Positions 51,401 through 64,000 of a DNA stretch of 64,000 bases are shown one piece after another. The stretch comes from Octopus vulgaris (lineage: Eukaryota). The notes beneath the pieces were generated by a model. That model was not told the DNA's origin. It made no database searches and saw only the letters and a program-made list of their open reading frames with translations. A program made the translations under genes and the position numbers. Each line of letters opens with the position of its first letter. Within the stretch, counting starts at the first letter, position 1. Location of the stretch: positions 108,500,001 through 108,564,000 of the forward strand of contig OX597819.1 of assembly GCA_951406725.2 (NCBI GenBank). The letters run 5' to 3'.

Positions 51401-51843
51401 ACCACTTTTCTATCTCATTCTTTTCGAAAATGAATTCAACATCAATATATTTTATTACTGTATTCATTGGATGGCATTAACTAAGCACTCAGCAAATAGA
51501 GTTGAAATACTATAGTGAATGGGTACTCAACTACCTGACCTTAGGCTGTGAGTTCAAATCAGCTACAGGTATTTTGTTAGGCTTCTGGGCAAAATACTTT
51601 GGCCCACATCACCTCCCCACTTATCAGCTGGAAGAATATGCAGCGAATAATCTGGAAACATCAATTGAGTTAGACCTTAATCCCATGAAGTCTTAAAAAG
51701 CTCTTTGGGAATTAGCTGGTATTTACAAATTTGCTCTTTCTGTTCACTGAATAAATACTGAAGGAAATGTTCTAAATTCTCTGCCTTGTATGTAGGGATG
51801 TAAAAAATAAAGTAACTGAAAAGATGAATGGAAACAGCCTTAA

Positions 51844-52065
51844 CCCTTTTCTTTACCATATTTATTTTGAGATGCTCTGTGTTGCTTTCAATTATTTTAA
51901 ATATAACAAAGAATTTAGTAAAATAACTTAGTTATCATTAAGCTAGTGTTAGGAATATAAATTGCAACTAATGTTTGGTGGTATATTTTGATGCAAAACT
52001 TATGAAAACAAGACATTTGTACTACAGAGCCAGAGCCGGTTTTGGCTGGGTTAGTAACGAAAGGG
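51844..52065. mobile_element. piggyBac-like MITE
   Basis: TTAA at 51840-51843 and 52066-52069. Ends are CCCTTTTCTTTACC / AGTAACGAAAGGG. Confidence 0.85.
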
Positions 52066-54492
52066 TTAAGTCTCTAAATTTGAAAGATATACAGAAAAAA
52101 AATATATATCTGTGAATAACTATTGACATCTTGTTTATTGAATCACAAGGGGTTTAAACAGATATTTAAAATATATAGGAAAACATATTTCACTTTCTTG
52201 TGGAATGGTAATAATATCAACTGTTTCTAACATAAGCTCGAGGTCAGAAATTTGTAGAGAGGGATTAGTCAATTACATTGACCCCAGCACTTGATCAGTA
52301 CTTTATCTCATTGATATTGAAGGGTTGAAAGGCAAAGTCTATCTCAGTAATTTGAATTGTAAACATAAATTGCCAGAAGAAATGCAGCATGATATTTTAT
52401 TTAATATTCTAATAGTTCTATCCATAGCTCTTTTACTACTACTACGACTACTACTACTGCTACTGCTGCTGCTACTGCCACCACCACCACCACTACTGCT
52501 ACTGCTGCTACAAATAATGTAATAATAATAATGACCCTTTCTCCTATGGGCACAGTTCCTGAAATTTGAGGGAGGGGCTAGTTGATTACATCGACCCCCA
52601 ATGCGCAACTGGTACTTATTGATCCTGAAAGAATAAAAGGTAGATGACCTCAGCAGAGTTTGAAGTCAGACAGATGAAATGCCACCAAGCATTTTGTCTC
52701 AGTAAAAGATGGGATGGAACACGTTTACTTGTAGGTCTACTTAACTAATACTTATCTAGTATTAACAAACTGTACAATTACTGATGAGAGAGTCTCTACA
52801 TGGTTGCTTGACTTGGTAGAAATAAAAGCCACATCATATACTTTTATCTTAAATTTACCTACATTAGATAATGTAGTCCAACATACTCATTAAAAGGTAG
52901 GCTGGTCACAGCTGGAATGCTTTTGATCACAGGTCTGATGAATATCAGGGTTGACCTGGGGTGAAACAACAATGACACTACCAGCATCTACCTGACTGCT
53001 TCACCTTCTAGAAATAACAGCCTAATTGTTTTTTAAATTACACTCTAATGCTTAAAAGAAAGAAGAAACACATTAGATGATGTATTCCTAGATATATTGT
53101 ATGAGACAAGTTGATCGTGGCTGGGTTAAGGCTTATGTTGGACTACACAACACAACAACAACCTGAAGTAAATATGTTTTGATACATCAAACATGTTTAC
53201 ACATGCTACACTGTTTGGTTACTATGCAGTATAGCATTCCAGATATAATATTTATCTAGAGCACCATACTAAAGAGAAGACTGTCAGAAGTAATGTGACC
53301 AAGATTCTCTTCATCCTTGGATCGTTTAACAAACTCATTCAATAAGAAATTTGACCTTAGGAACAACTTGATGTAAATGAGTGAGTATTTATACAAGAAT
53401 TTTAATTTATTTTTTGTTCAGTGAAATACAGTTTATTATCAATTCATTTCTTTATTGTTGTAGTGCATCTGAGCACTATATACAATTATTTCATTATATT
53501 ATATGAGGAAGGAAGGGCATTGGGCCTTAAAACACTGCTTCAGAGAAACTATCTAATTTGCACATGATAATGATATCATTAATTTCTGTTCATCATCATC
53601 ATTGTCACCACCATCATTATCATTTTATGTCTGCTTTCTGTACTGGTATGAGTTGGATGGTTCAAAATGATCCAACAAATTGCAGGACTGCATCATGCTC
53701 CAGTTTTTTTAGTTTTGGGATAGTTTCTACAGCTGAATGCCCTTCCTAATGCTAACCACTTTATGGAGTGTATTGGGTGCTGCTTTTTCCATGCCATTAA
53801 TACTAGCAAGGTCATCGTGTAACTCAGAAGACCGTACCCCCCCAACTCAAAGGAGAATGGGAGAGACAGAGAGTGATGACAAAGGGCAAAGTATGATGAG
53901 AGAAACAGATTTATGGACAAGAGAATTTGAAATTCATTTTATTGTTTTCTTTTTTTGTTTTCTTTTTTTATTTTACAAATACACTAAATTCTTTGTCATC
54001 CCCAGTTTCAATAACAATTGTTATATTTCAAAACAAGACTGGTCTGGTGCTAAATAACAATGCATAACATATAAGGTAAAGAGACAATAACCTCAATTAA
54101 AGTACTGGAATACTGGCCATATATAGTTATAATTTCAAATTTTTTTACTGTGTTGTGTTTCTGAATAAAGTTTCTAATTCTGTTTGCTTCAGTTTGTACT
54201 ACCGAACCAATGTAAGTGCCACTCCTGTTTCACATTTGAAGTGGGCTAGTTCTAGGAAGATCCATACAGCTGCAAAAACAATTGCTCTAACAAATAATCC
54301 CATTTATGTAAGCTAGGAAAAATTGTATCTTGTTGTTGATTAAGCAAACCTATGATGAGAGACATTCCAACCATGGTAATCCTGTCTTTTTAAAAGTTTC
54401 TAGAACTAAATCATCTAGTGTACACTACTGGATGCTACTTCTAGCAGTTTGAGCAACTATGCAGAGGCTCCCTTGGGAAAATGCAAAACTAT

Positions 54493-54690
54493 TAATAATA
54501 ATAATAATAATAATAATCCTTTCTACTATAGGCACAAGGCTTGAAATTTTGGGGGAGGGGGATAGTCGATTACATCGACCCCCCCGTACATAACTGGTAC
54601 TTATTTAAACGAACCCGAAAGGATGAAAGACAAAATCAACCTCAGTAGAATTTGAACTCAGAACATAATGATTCTGCCTGCTCTTCACCA
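54493..54690 (-). mobile_element. SINE family A copy (others at about 52220-52420 and 52520-52700)
   Basis: Family A body with (ATT)n tail. Confidence 0.8.
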
Positions 54691-54700
54691 CAACGGCAGC

Positions 54701-54732
<32 letters not shown>

Positions 54733-57700
54733 GGATTTGTCCTATTGGCAAGGGTCATAGATTGCTAGAAGCAGACATAGTTTACTGAACTAAACTTAGG
54801 ACCTGTCTATGTGATCACTCAGCCTGCTAGAAATAGCAGTCAGGTCTTTCTTAAATCATACTCCAAAATCTTAAATACAAGAAGGTACATTAGAAAATGT
54901 CATGCTAAATATCCCTAAAAAAAAAACAGGATCATCCAGTCAAAATGCCATATTTCTATCTTTTAGTCAGGAGGGGAGGTAGTGCCCATGACCCTTTACA
55001 GAGCATCTGAGATTAGCAGGTGGAAGAGGAGAAAGTATCCTTAAACCAAAGCCCTGACCTAAATGCATGCAATGTAGTGGACTAAGGGCACCCAGTATAC
55101 AAGGTGATGGTTTTAAACCAGGTGACAGATTAACTCTTCCACCCAAGTGGCCATTGCAGGATTTGAATTCAGAATACAAAGAGCCAGAACAAATATTACA
55201 AGGCATCTAATCCAATTATCTTATACTTCTGTTAACCCACTGCCATGGATTGGTAATTTTTTTTATCCCCCACCCTTCAAGAATAAATGGCAAAATTGAC
55301 CTGGGTCCATTTGAAGTTATCCAACATGAACACCAAATATATGAAAGACAAAGTTTGGATTTGAACATGGGGCTCAGTGAGAGGACACTGATTCTGCTAA
55401 TCCACTGCCCTATTATGATATTAATCTTAACAACTTTTTAATATAAGAACAGTTAATAGAAGTTTTTTTAAGTGTTTTCACATAGTGATCCTGTTAGATT
55501 CCCTCTTATAGATAAGAGTGGAACACCATTGTGTTTAGCATTTATACTGTTGTTGCATCATTTATTTATTCCCGTTGAACTTAACAGTGCAAGCCATTGA
55601 AACATTCATCTATTATGTAGTGCTCCTGCTACCTACAGCTGTAAACTAACATTTCCTCCCTCTCTCCATGTAACTTAAAATTAATAATGAATTAGTGAGT
55701 TTTGCCAATGTTTTGCTCTTTGGGCTCAGTAAGGTGAGCCAATGAAACACTCATCAATTATGCAGTGCTCCAGCTACTGACATCCCCCACCATTCACCTT
55801 CATTTATAACATCATTTTTTTTGTACCCTACCATAACCCCTTCCACAATTCTACAAAGGAAATGGGATGTTTTGAACTCCTTCCTCTTTGTACTATTCTG
55901 GGTAGCACCTGATGGCATAGAACATTGTATGCTGTGTATACAGGTTGAAGGTGGTGGCCAGGTGAAGCCAGTAAAACCTGTAGCAGACACCAAGTTCAAT
56001 CCTGCAAGTCAGCAGTGTGTATGGAGACAGGATGTGTCTGCTGTTCGTACTTCCTAGCTACTCCCTTTCCCCCACCTCTCCCTCCATCCACTTTTAACAC
56101 AAACTCCACCACCACCCTCCGGATGTTTGCCCTGTAAGGACACCCAATACTGAAAATATTTACATACACGGTTCCCCCACGTCCACCCCAGCACTTCTTA
56201 TGATGGAGGTGGAGTGAGTCGGTTCCCTTCCTTCTCTCTTCCTTTTTCTATCTGTCGCTTTCTCTTTGCCACCCCCAGGATCTCTCTATCTATTGCAGTC
56301 TCCCTCTTCTCCCTTCTCTCTCTGTCATATGTCTCATTCTGTCCCTCCCGGTCTCTCTCTCTCTCTCTCTCTCTTTGAGTGTGTGTTTGTTATATTTCCG
56401 CCTCCCTTTGTTTCCATTTTTCTTTCTCTCTGTCTTTCTCTACCATTCACACTTGGTTTATGTTAGCTTGTGTAAGTATGTATTTGTTCCTAAATGTATT
56501 TTATTTCTCTCCCCCCCCCACTCTCTGTTAAAACATGCATGTGTATCATGTATGAGTTTTTTTTCTGTATCATCTGTTTTGTCTGTATATCAATGTTTTC
56601 TGTGTATTTGTGTGAATTCTACATCTCCTGCATGCTCCCTCTTGCCTCTCCCCTCGTAACTCTCAATGGCCCTTGGTGGTGCTCACTTATCCACCTCATT
56701 TCAACCCCTAGACCTAATCGGCCCTCCTATGCTGTGACAATATTATTTCTAACCAAATGACCAGTCAAGAGAGAGAGAGAGAGAGTGTGTGTGTGTGTGT
56801 GTGTACGTGTGTGTGCAAACAATATGGCTGAGAAAAAAGTACCTCTGGGGAGAATCTGCATGCTAAATAACACATATGGTAGTCTTACATATGTAATATA
56901 GTGAGCTGAAGAAGTTGCATTGACATTCATAATTAACATTACTACATTCCATATATATATATATAAAGAGAGAGAGAGAGGTGTCTTATGTGTATTGTTC
57001 ATTTCTAATTCTTGCTAATGAAATTCGCAAGACTATCGTAAGTTTCTCAACTCAGTACATAACCTATATGAAACCAATATATTTGTATTTAGTACACACG
57101 AACACTCCTCTGAAATACTTTCCCCTCAACCATACTGTTGATATTCATAATCCATGTGCTGTATCTACAGGTATCAGTGATAATGACCTCCCCATTCCAA
57201 AGTCTAAAGATTCCTGGTTTTTCTTGAGAAAGGTACAGGAATTGTTTATTGTTTTCCTTTGCCTTCTGTTTGCTGACTGTTTACTCCACTAATCTCTTGT
57301 TCTCCCTAACTTATCCTTGAGGCACAGGTCCTTAACCCTTAGCAGGAGGACCAGTTCATGTGATATCAGTGCTCCTCTGTATATCACTGGGTCTATGCAA
57401 CACTTGTCTTGGGGACCAGCCTGCCTCTGAAACCTGTATTTGTTATCCACGGGACCATCTTCTGCTATTTGTCCTATTACTAATCTCCTTGATAGAACCC
57501 TAGTTATAGGTTAGATAGTCACCCTGGGGAAGAGCAGAACTGGAAATGTAGTGACTAAGGATTAACCCCAGTGCTCCTAATCTGGAGCCACACCATCAAA
57601 TGCCATTTAATGTCTTTTCCAGGACAATTATATACTGATCACCTCTAGGTTTTGCCAACTAAGTAGAATATGCTATGCTGAGGAGCTATAATAATACTGA

Positions 57701-58829
57701 AACATGTTTGTTACTTTTATAATTGTGTTTAAAAACAAAAGTGGCTCCCATCTGTATTGTCTTTACTTTCCAAAAAATTCAGTTAGTAGAGCTACCCCAT
57801 GCACTTGTTTTTATTTATTTATCTAATTATTAAACACCCTACCACTAGGAGTTTTTTTGTTTGTTGATTGTAAGTATAATATCAATTAATCAAAGTTTTC
57901 CAACTCACTGTATTACATATATAAGATTCTGCTGCGTGTGTGAGACGGTGATGTGTTTGTATGTTGGAGTGTGTTTGTGGTGTGATACGTGTTTAAGTAT
58001 GTGTCTGTCTCTGACATATGGTATGTTTTTATGTGTGGAAGTGTTTGTATGTTTGTGAGGCAGTGGTGAAATTTTGTGAACTGTGGGCGTGTGTATGTGT
58101 ATATGAGGTCTTGTGTGTAGAATGTATGTATTTGTGATGTGATATTTATGTGTCTATCTGGTTCTGATGCATGCTGTGCTTTTGTGTATGGATGTGTTTG
58201 TGATATAGCTGTATGACATGTATCTATACATACACACACAGTTATACATATGCTCATACATATTTATCCTAAACACACATCTGTGCATACTGCATTCATA
58301 CATTCAGATATATACTCTCTCACTCCCTTTCTCTCTCTCTCTCTCACACACACATTCACACTCACTCACGCATGCATTCACACTTACACATACACACACA
58401 CACACATGCACACATACACACACAACTAGTGATAGATGACTAAATGTCACAGGAATGTCATTTATAGATGAACACAGACAGATAAACACTTAAGTTGACA
58501 TCTCCAGCCCACCCTCCTCTCAGTTTACACCTCCATTGTCTCTCTCTTCACAATACCCCTCACCCATCACACACCTGTAAGAATGATTTCAGAACATTAA
58601 CTCTTTGGCATCATTTCACACTTATCTCACCTACATGGGTGGGTAGAGTAAGTAGTAAGAAAGGAAAGGAGAGGAAGGGAAAGTATGAAAGAGCTGGATA
58701 AAAAGAGAGACATGAAAATGAGGAAAGAAAAAGAGAGATTGAGAGAAAATAGAAGAGTCTCAAGATAGTTAGATTGGTAGAGAAACTCGGATGTCTGTAT
58801 ATTGTGTGCACATTATAATATATATATAA

Positions 58830-59095
58830 AAGACCCCTTGGTCATGAGTGACCATGGGTTTGCACCTAGAGAGTTACCCTCTGAGGCACAAGTCTGGGCA
58901 AGGTTGTTTTATGGAAGACCAGTATCATACCGGCCTCCCCTCTCCACGCCACCAGTGTTATCCAAGGGAAAGACAAAGGTCGATACAGCTTGGCACCTGT
59001 GACATCGCAACTCATTTCTACAGCTGAGTGAACTGGAGCAACGTGAAATAAAGTGTCTTGCTCAAGAACACAACACGCAGCCCGGCAGGCTCACA
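58830..59095 (-). mobile_element. SINE family E with CORE-like block
   Basis: Minus strand GTGTTCTTGAGCAAGACACTTTATTTCAC...CACTCAGCTGTAGAAATGAG resembles CORE-SINE central domains. Fragments also at about 14410-14550 and 15260-15370. Confidence 0.65.
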
Positions 59096-59120
59096 CCTCA
59101 CGATCGATATATATATATGT

Positions 59121-59460
59121 GCAGGCATGTCTGTGTGGTAAGAAGCTTGCTTCCCAACCACATGGTTCTGGGTTCAGTCCTTGGGCAAGTGTCTTCTGCT
59201 ATAGCCTTGGTCCACCCAAAGCCTTGTGAATGGATTTGGTAGATGGAAACTGAAAGAAGTCCATTGTGTGTCTGTGTTTGTCCTCCAACCATCACTTAAC
59301 AATCAATGTTGGTGTGTTTACATCTCTGTAACTTAGTTGTACGGCAAAAGAGACCAATAGAATAAGTGCTAGGCATGCAAATCGATTTCTTCAACTAAAA
59401 CCCTTTAAGGCAGTGCTCCAGCAAGGCCGCATTCAAATGATTGAAGCAAGTAAGAGAATA
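59121..59460 (+). mobile_element. Near full-length tRNA-derived SINE family C
   Basis: Head GCAGGCATGTCTGTGTGGTAAGAAG, B-box-like GGTTCAGTCC, and CTTGGGCAAGT block. Other copies at about 60, 32585, 38050, 45600 and 51245. Confidence 0.8.
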
Positions 59461-59469
59461 TATATATAA

Positions 59470-60540
59470 TCATCATCATCATTATACTTCCATGTTCTAT
59501 GCTAGCATGGGTTGAACAGTTTTACAGGATCCAGTGTATCCAAGGACTGCATTGAGCTCTGTTGTCTGATTTGGCATGGTTTCTGCAGCTGCATGCCCTT
59601 CCTAATGTCCATCACTTCACTGAGTACTTTCTTCCTGCCATCTACACTATTGCGGTTGCCATGCAGTTCACATGACTACAAACTGTGGGTTGATGGTGGT
59701 GGTGGTGATGGGGGTCAGCTTCCTGCTAGGGGATAAGGGGATTACTATGAGAAGGGAAGGGCTAGAGCAGGTTCTTGTAGAGGGATCTGCATACCTACTC
59801 ACACCTAGTAGAGGAAGGGGGTGGGGGACAGAAAGAGAAAGTGACTAGTAAGAGCTGCCAGAGATAGATAATGGCAATAAGGTGATCAGGTGGCCCCACA
59901 AGACTCAAGCTGAGTAGAAGTGAGGGATCAGTTAGTAAGATTGTATGGAAGGAGAATGTGGGGATAGCAGGCAGATGGCCAAAATGGGTAGTGTGGTTGA
60001 ACAAGAACAATAAACTGGAGAAGATAGGGGATACAGAAGAGAGAGTGGGGGTGAGGCAAGTGGCAAGAGTATTGAGATGATGCAGTTACCAGGGGGAGGA
60101 CAAGAGGAGATGATATGGTTGGGTTGTCTCTAGAGGCTGAAGGGAGAGAGAAGGGGTAAGCATAATACATGAGAGGTGAGCAGAGAGTCACTGTAATGAA
60201 ACTGGAGAGCACAAAACATAGAACTTCCTGAACTCAGTTTTGTTGAAGACTATGAGTCTTTTCAAGATTGCCAGAGATCCCAGTCTTTAATCATCTCTTT
60301 CATCAAGCCCAAGGTCCTAAAGTCAGCCATGTTTTTCTGCATTTCCCTCTTCTGCAAGTTCTAGCCACATTTAGGATCAGCACTTCTTTATACAGCTGTC
60401 CTCATCTATATGCATCATATGTCCATACCTGCACAGTCTTCTTTCTCAAACGCAACATCTGCTTCCTCTTGTGCCCAGTTTTTCACTCAGCACCTTTGTA
60501 CTGATTTTTTCATGCACGCATGCACAAATACATTGCACAT
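59470..60540 (-). mobile_element. Older RTE LINE, 5'-truncated: ORF2 end, pyrimidine-rich 3'UTR and family B-like tail
   Basis: The minus strand near 60370-60460 reads RCCV*ERRLCRYGHMMHIDEDSCIKKC, homologous to about 20350-20430. The tail is at 59470-59620. Confidence 0.7.
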
Positions 60541-60636
60541 CAACTGGAGCATGTTTGCTTTAATGATGTGCTCAGCATGACTACAGTCCAGTGACTGAAA
60601 CAAGTAAAATATAAGATATATATATATGTATACATG

Positions 60637-60678
<42 letters not shown>

Positions 60679-60959
60679 GCGTGGTCGGTTACCAGAGTCA
60701 TTAAAAAGTCAAAAGGATTTGTGGCATTATTTGTTCTAACGCTTTCATTCAAATCATACACCAAGGCCAGCTTTCAGAGTCAATACATATAGGTCAGTGC
60801 TTGTGCAGTCTTCTTTCTCTCCAGCTGTTACATCCTAAATGTTCCACTGAATCTAATGGGAGGAGGTCAAGAGGTTGTCGCAATTTGCTTTAATCTATAT
60901 GTGAATTTGATGGTAATTCCAGTGTAAAATTCATTACATTTCTTACATGTGATTTTATA

Positions 60960-62260
60960 CACCATGTAGTACCAAAGACATAAAACCATGTGTAGCAAAT
61001 GTAATAAATTCTACATCAAAAGTACCATAAGACTAGTTTACATATGGCTTAGCCCCTTCGGTCCAGCTGGTACATATTTGTACCAGTCAAAAATTTTACA
61101 ACCCACATCTTTAAAATTCCCATTCTATGTGATGCAGTATAATACCACACTGGTTTTTCTAGTAAGTATGTAGCACCTGGCATATAATTGGAATGTATGA
61201 CACTATAATGACTGTTCAAAAGCTTGCATGCATTCACCCCACCCCCACTCCAGCGCTATTACCGACTGTTTTTAAGTGTTTATTATTGGTTCTCATGTTT
61301 TGGTAAGTTATTCATAACATTTTCTTCACTGTAAACATATTTACTTAATCATAAACATATTGTGCATAGTTTATAAGCATTGGATAGTAATATTCTTGCA
61401 ACAATGTTGCAATACATATTTCTAAAAGTAAATAATTTTGACTGGCACACACCTGTACCGTTGTGGTTTTGTATAGGTATGCACTTGTACTGTTGTAATT
61501 TGTTGTATAGCTAAGATTGTACCAGTTGTGTTATAAGACTGTTCTATAGAGAAACTTCTTGTTGTGAATCAAACATACACATACAATTTTTTCAATTAAC
61601 TTTCGTATTACTCCCTAATATTTGAATTTTAAATTATTGTTTTTTTGCAAGATTCACGCAGTATTTTGATACAACTGGTATGTACATGGTACTTCATCTA
61701 AATACATTGGTACATGCATGGTAGATTAAAAGACCCAAATGGTACAAATGTGTACCAGACTAAAAATAGTGTCCACATAACTGATACCATAATAAACCAT
61801 CTAATAAGCATCTACACTATATAGTTTTACCAAAATTTTAGAGAAAATACATGCAAATCTTGAGAAAAGAATTCCAGGTTGAAAGGGTTAAGGAACACCT
61901 CTATGCTAAAGGTTCACTCATCAAATAACACCTATGGAAATGCCACACCCAAGACATCCAAGTTTCCATTGAAGCTACAGAAAGAAACATTGGTAACTTG
62001 AGAATAAGGGAAGCTATTTTAATTAACAAGTAGTTCCCATGAATTAATAACAGACCTGAACTACACGCAGCTGGTTGGGTACCATAGCAACACAAAACAA
62101 TTTTTCTCACACACACACACTACAAAGTAGAGAAATCAGCTATTAATGACATTTCTCTGTTTATTTCTTGAAGAAAAGGTCCTAACCCTGAAATATTAAA
62201 ATACCAGATAATAGTACTAACTATTGACCTGTATTATCAATTTTTCATACTTTGCATTGT
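60960..62260 (+). mobile_element. Penelope-like element 3' relic (GIY-YIG endonuclease plus UTR), split by an insertion
   Basis: Joining 61048-61052 to 61892 restores CSKCNKFYIKSTIRLVYIWL|KEHL...IEATERNIGNLRIREAILINK*FP*INNR, matching the CxxC-YIGxT-RxxEH-RxxxEAxxI-PxxN pattern. Hammerhead relic at 62162-62203. Confidence 0.72.
61053..61887. mobile_element. Non-autonomous piggyBac-like element inserted into the Penelope relic
   Basis: Flanked by TTAG (61049-61052) and TTAA (61888-61891). Ends are CCCCTTC / GAAAGGG. Internal palindromes TGGTACA.AT.TGTACCA at about 61068 and 61740. Confidence 0.65.
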
Positions 62261-62385
62261 TTTGGCTTTAAAGAAAATATTCTCAGAATTGTTTAAAATA
62301 AATAGACAATATAATATCTATCAGTTGATGCATAGTACCTCTGGATCCCCTCCATTTTCTTCTTCCCATATATATATATATATAT

Positions 62386-62650
62386 CATCATCATCATCAT
62401 CATCATCGTTTAACGTCCGTTTTCCGCGCTAGCACGGGTTGGACGGTTCGACCGGGGTCTGGGAAGCCAGGGGCCGCTCCAGGCTCCAGTCTGATTTTGG
62501 CAGAGTTTCTACGGCTGGATGCCCTTCCTAACGCCAACCACTCCGTGAGTGGATTGGGTGCTTTTTACGTGCCACCTGCACAGGGGCCGGGGGGGTCCGG
62601 CATCGGTCACGATCGGTTCGAGCTTTTAACGTGCCAGGGACACGGGGGCA
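62386..62650 (-). mobile_element. Young RTE-LINE 3' tail (family B)
   Basis: CpG-rich copy with (CAT)n at its left end. Confidence 0.9.
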
Positions 62651-63149
62651 ACGGGATGCGGGGTAGAGTTGAGTTGGGGGGGGGTCCAGCTGAGAAAGGT
62701 TTCACCAGTGAAAAGAGAGGGAGAGATAGTAAAGGGGTGCGGGTAATATAGGGGAGCACCAGTGGGGAAGGTTGGGGTAAGGAGGAACGATGGCAGGAAG
62801 GGTTGGTGAAGGTTCGTAAGAAATATAAACGTAGGATGTGTATATATATATATGGGTAGGTGTGGGGGAGGTTGGGGGGTAAGGAGGAACGATGGCAGGA
62901 AGGGTTGGTGCAGGTTCGTAAGAAATAAAAACGTAGGATATTACGAGGCATGGAGGGGACTGGAAGGAGATAGTAGGATTGAGGCAGTGTCAGTTCAAAA
63001 CAGGAGGAAGCGTAAGATCAGAGGGCGGTTGATGAGCTGAGACGCTAGCAGCTTGTCTTTTCTCAGTGAAAGCATATGAGGAGAAGGGGTAGGAAGGGGT
63101 GGTGGGGGAGGAGGAGGGAGTATCCGGTGTAGATGGTGAGAACAGTGTT

Positions 63150-63290
63150 CACCGGTATTGGTGGTGGGGGTGGTATTGGTGGTGGGGGTGGTATTGGTGG
63201 TGGGGGTGGTGGTGGTGTGGTTGTGGGGGTGGTGTTGGTGGTGGGGGGGTGGGGGTGGGGGTGGTATTGGGGGTGGGGGTGGGAGGGCGG
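63150..63290 (+). repeat. G-rich (GGT/GGGGGT) repeat
   Basis: Seen directly. It explains the poly-Pro and poly-Gly ORFs. Confidence 0.85.
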
Positions 63291-63811
63291 GCGCACCGCG
63301 CAATGGGAGAAGATGAGATTTTTAGGCGGCAGAAAGAAAGACAGGATTTGAGATGGAATGCTTTGCGATCGTGTGCATAAGTTTCTATGAGTGGAAGTTG
63401 GGAAAAGATGGGTTAGAGAATTAAGCGACAGAAAGAAAGACCAAATTTGAGACGAGATGTTTTTGCGAAGTTTTTGTGAATGAAAGTTTATATGCTTCAG
63501 CTAGCATTTGAGACGAAAGACAACGATAACGCCAATATATGGGGAAACAATAATAATAAGAAGGCTTGATGGTGATGATGATACTTGCAAAAACAATGAA
63601 AAGAAGGAACAGGACTTAGCTGATATTTTTCATCCTGCGTATTGGCTAAGCCTGTGGAAGCGAGTGAAGGCGAGATATATATACAGAGAGAGAGAGAGAC
63701 AGTGATAACAGAGGGAGAAACCGACACCACATAGAGACGAAAGACAACGATAACGCCAATATATGGGGAAACAATAATAATAAGAAGGCTTGATGGTGAT
63801 GATGATACTTG

Positions 63812-63845
<34 letters not shown>

Positions 63846-63848
<3 letters not shown>

Positions 63849-64000
63849 TCATCATCATCATCATTTATTGTCTGTTTTCCATACTAGCATGGGTTAGATG
63901 GTTCAACCAGGGTCTGGGAAGCCAGGAGGCTGCACCAGGTTCCAGTCTGATCTGGCAGTGTTTCTACAGCTGGATGCCCTTCCTAACGCCAACCACTCTG
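63846..64000 (-). mobile_element. RTE-LINE 3' tail (family B), running off the window
   Basis: (CAT)n followed by ...GGATGCCCTTCCTAACGCCAACCACTC. Confidence 0.88.

Noticed and set aside
55754-56057. Non-repetitive ORFs as a possible exon of a second gene
   Set aside because: No recognisable domain and no chain of compatible exons. A BLAST or RNA-seq check would be needed.
62995-63380. Poly-Pro and poly-Gly ORFs resembling extensin or formin
   Set aside because: They arise from a G-rich simple repeat, and the flanks are not protein-like.

Overview
This is AT-rich, microsatellite- and transposon-dense animal genomic DNA. The repeat landscape suggests an octopus or other coleoid cephalopod, which is an inference I did not verify. 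It holds one protein-coding gene, RNF121 (multi-pass membrane RING-H2 E3 ligase), on the minus strand. Seven coding exons (40172-40107, 16987-16947, 11053-10912, 9063-8909, 7373-7145, 5223-5090, 1858-1757; 869 nt) splice in frame, and the last exon lies off the left edge. The last two introns are minor-spliceosome (U12-type, GTATCCTTT) introns, one of them splitting the RING domain. A CpG-retaining promoter with repeated ETS-like motifs sits at about 40.2-40.3 kb. The rest is repeats: several tRNA-derived SINE families, RTE and CR1 LINE fragments, a Penelope-like GIY-YIG relic split by a piggyBac-like insertion, mariner and DD37D (maT) relics, and hAT, piggyBac and pogo-type MITEs. The most unusual signal is a set of minimal hammerhead-ribozyme motifs: a ~304-bp tandem pair (retrozyme-like), a fold-back element joining a tRNA-like Pol III head to a hammerhead-bearing tail, and relics beside Penelope-like sequence. 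All visible copies are partly decayed. Most ORFs in the supplied track are microsatellite or repeat artefacts. Repeat boundaries without TSDs are approximate.
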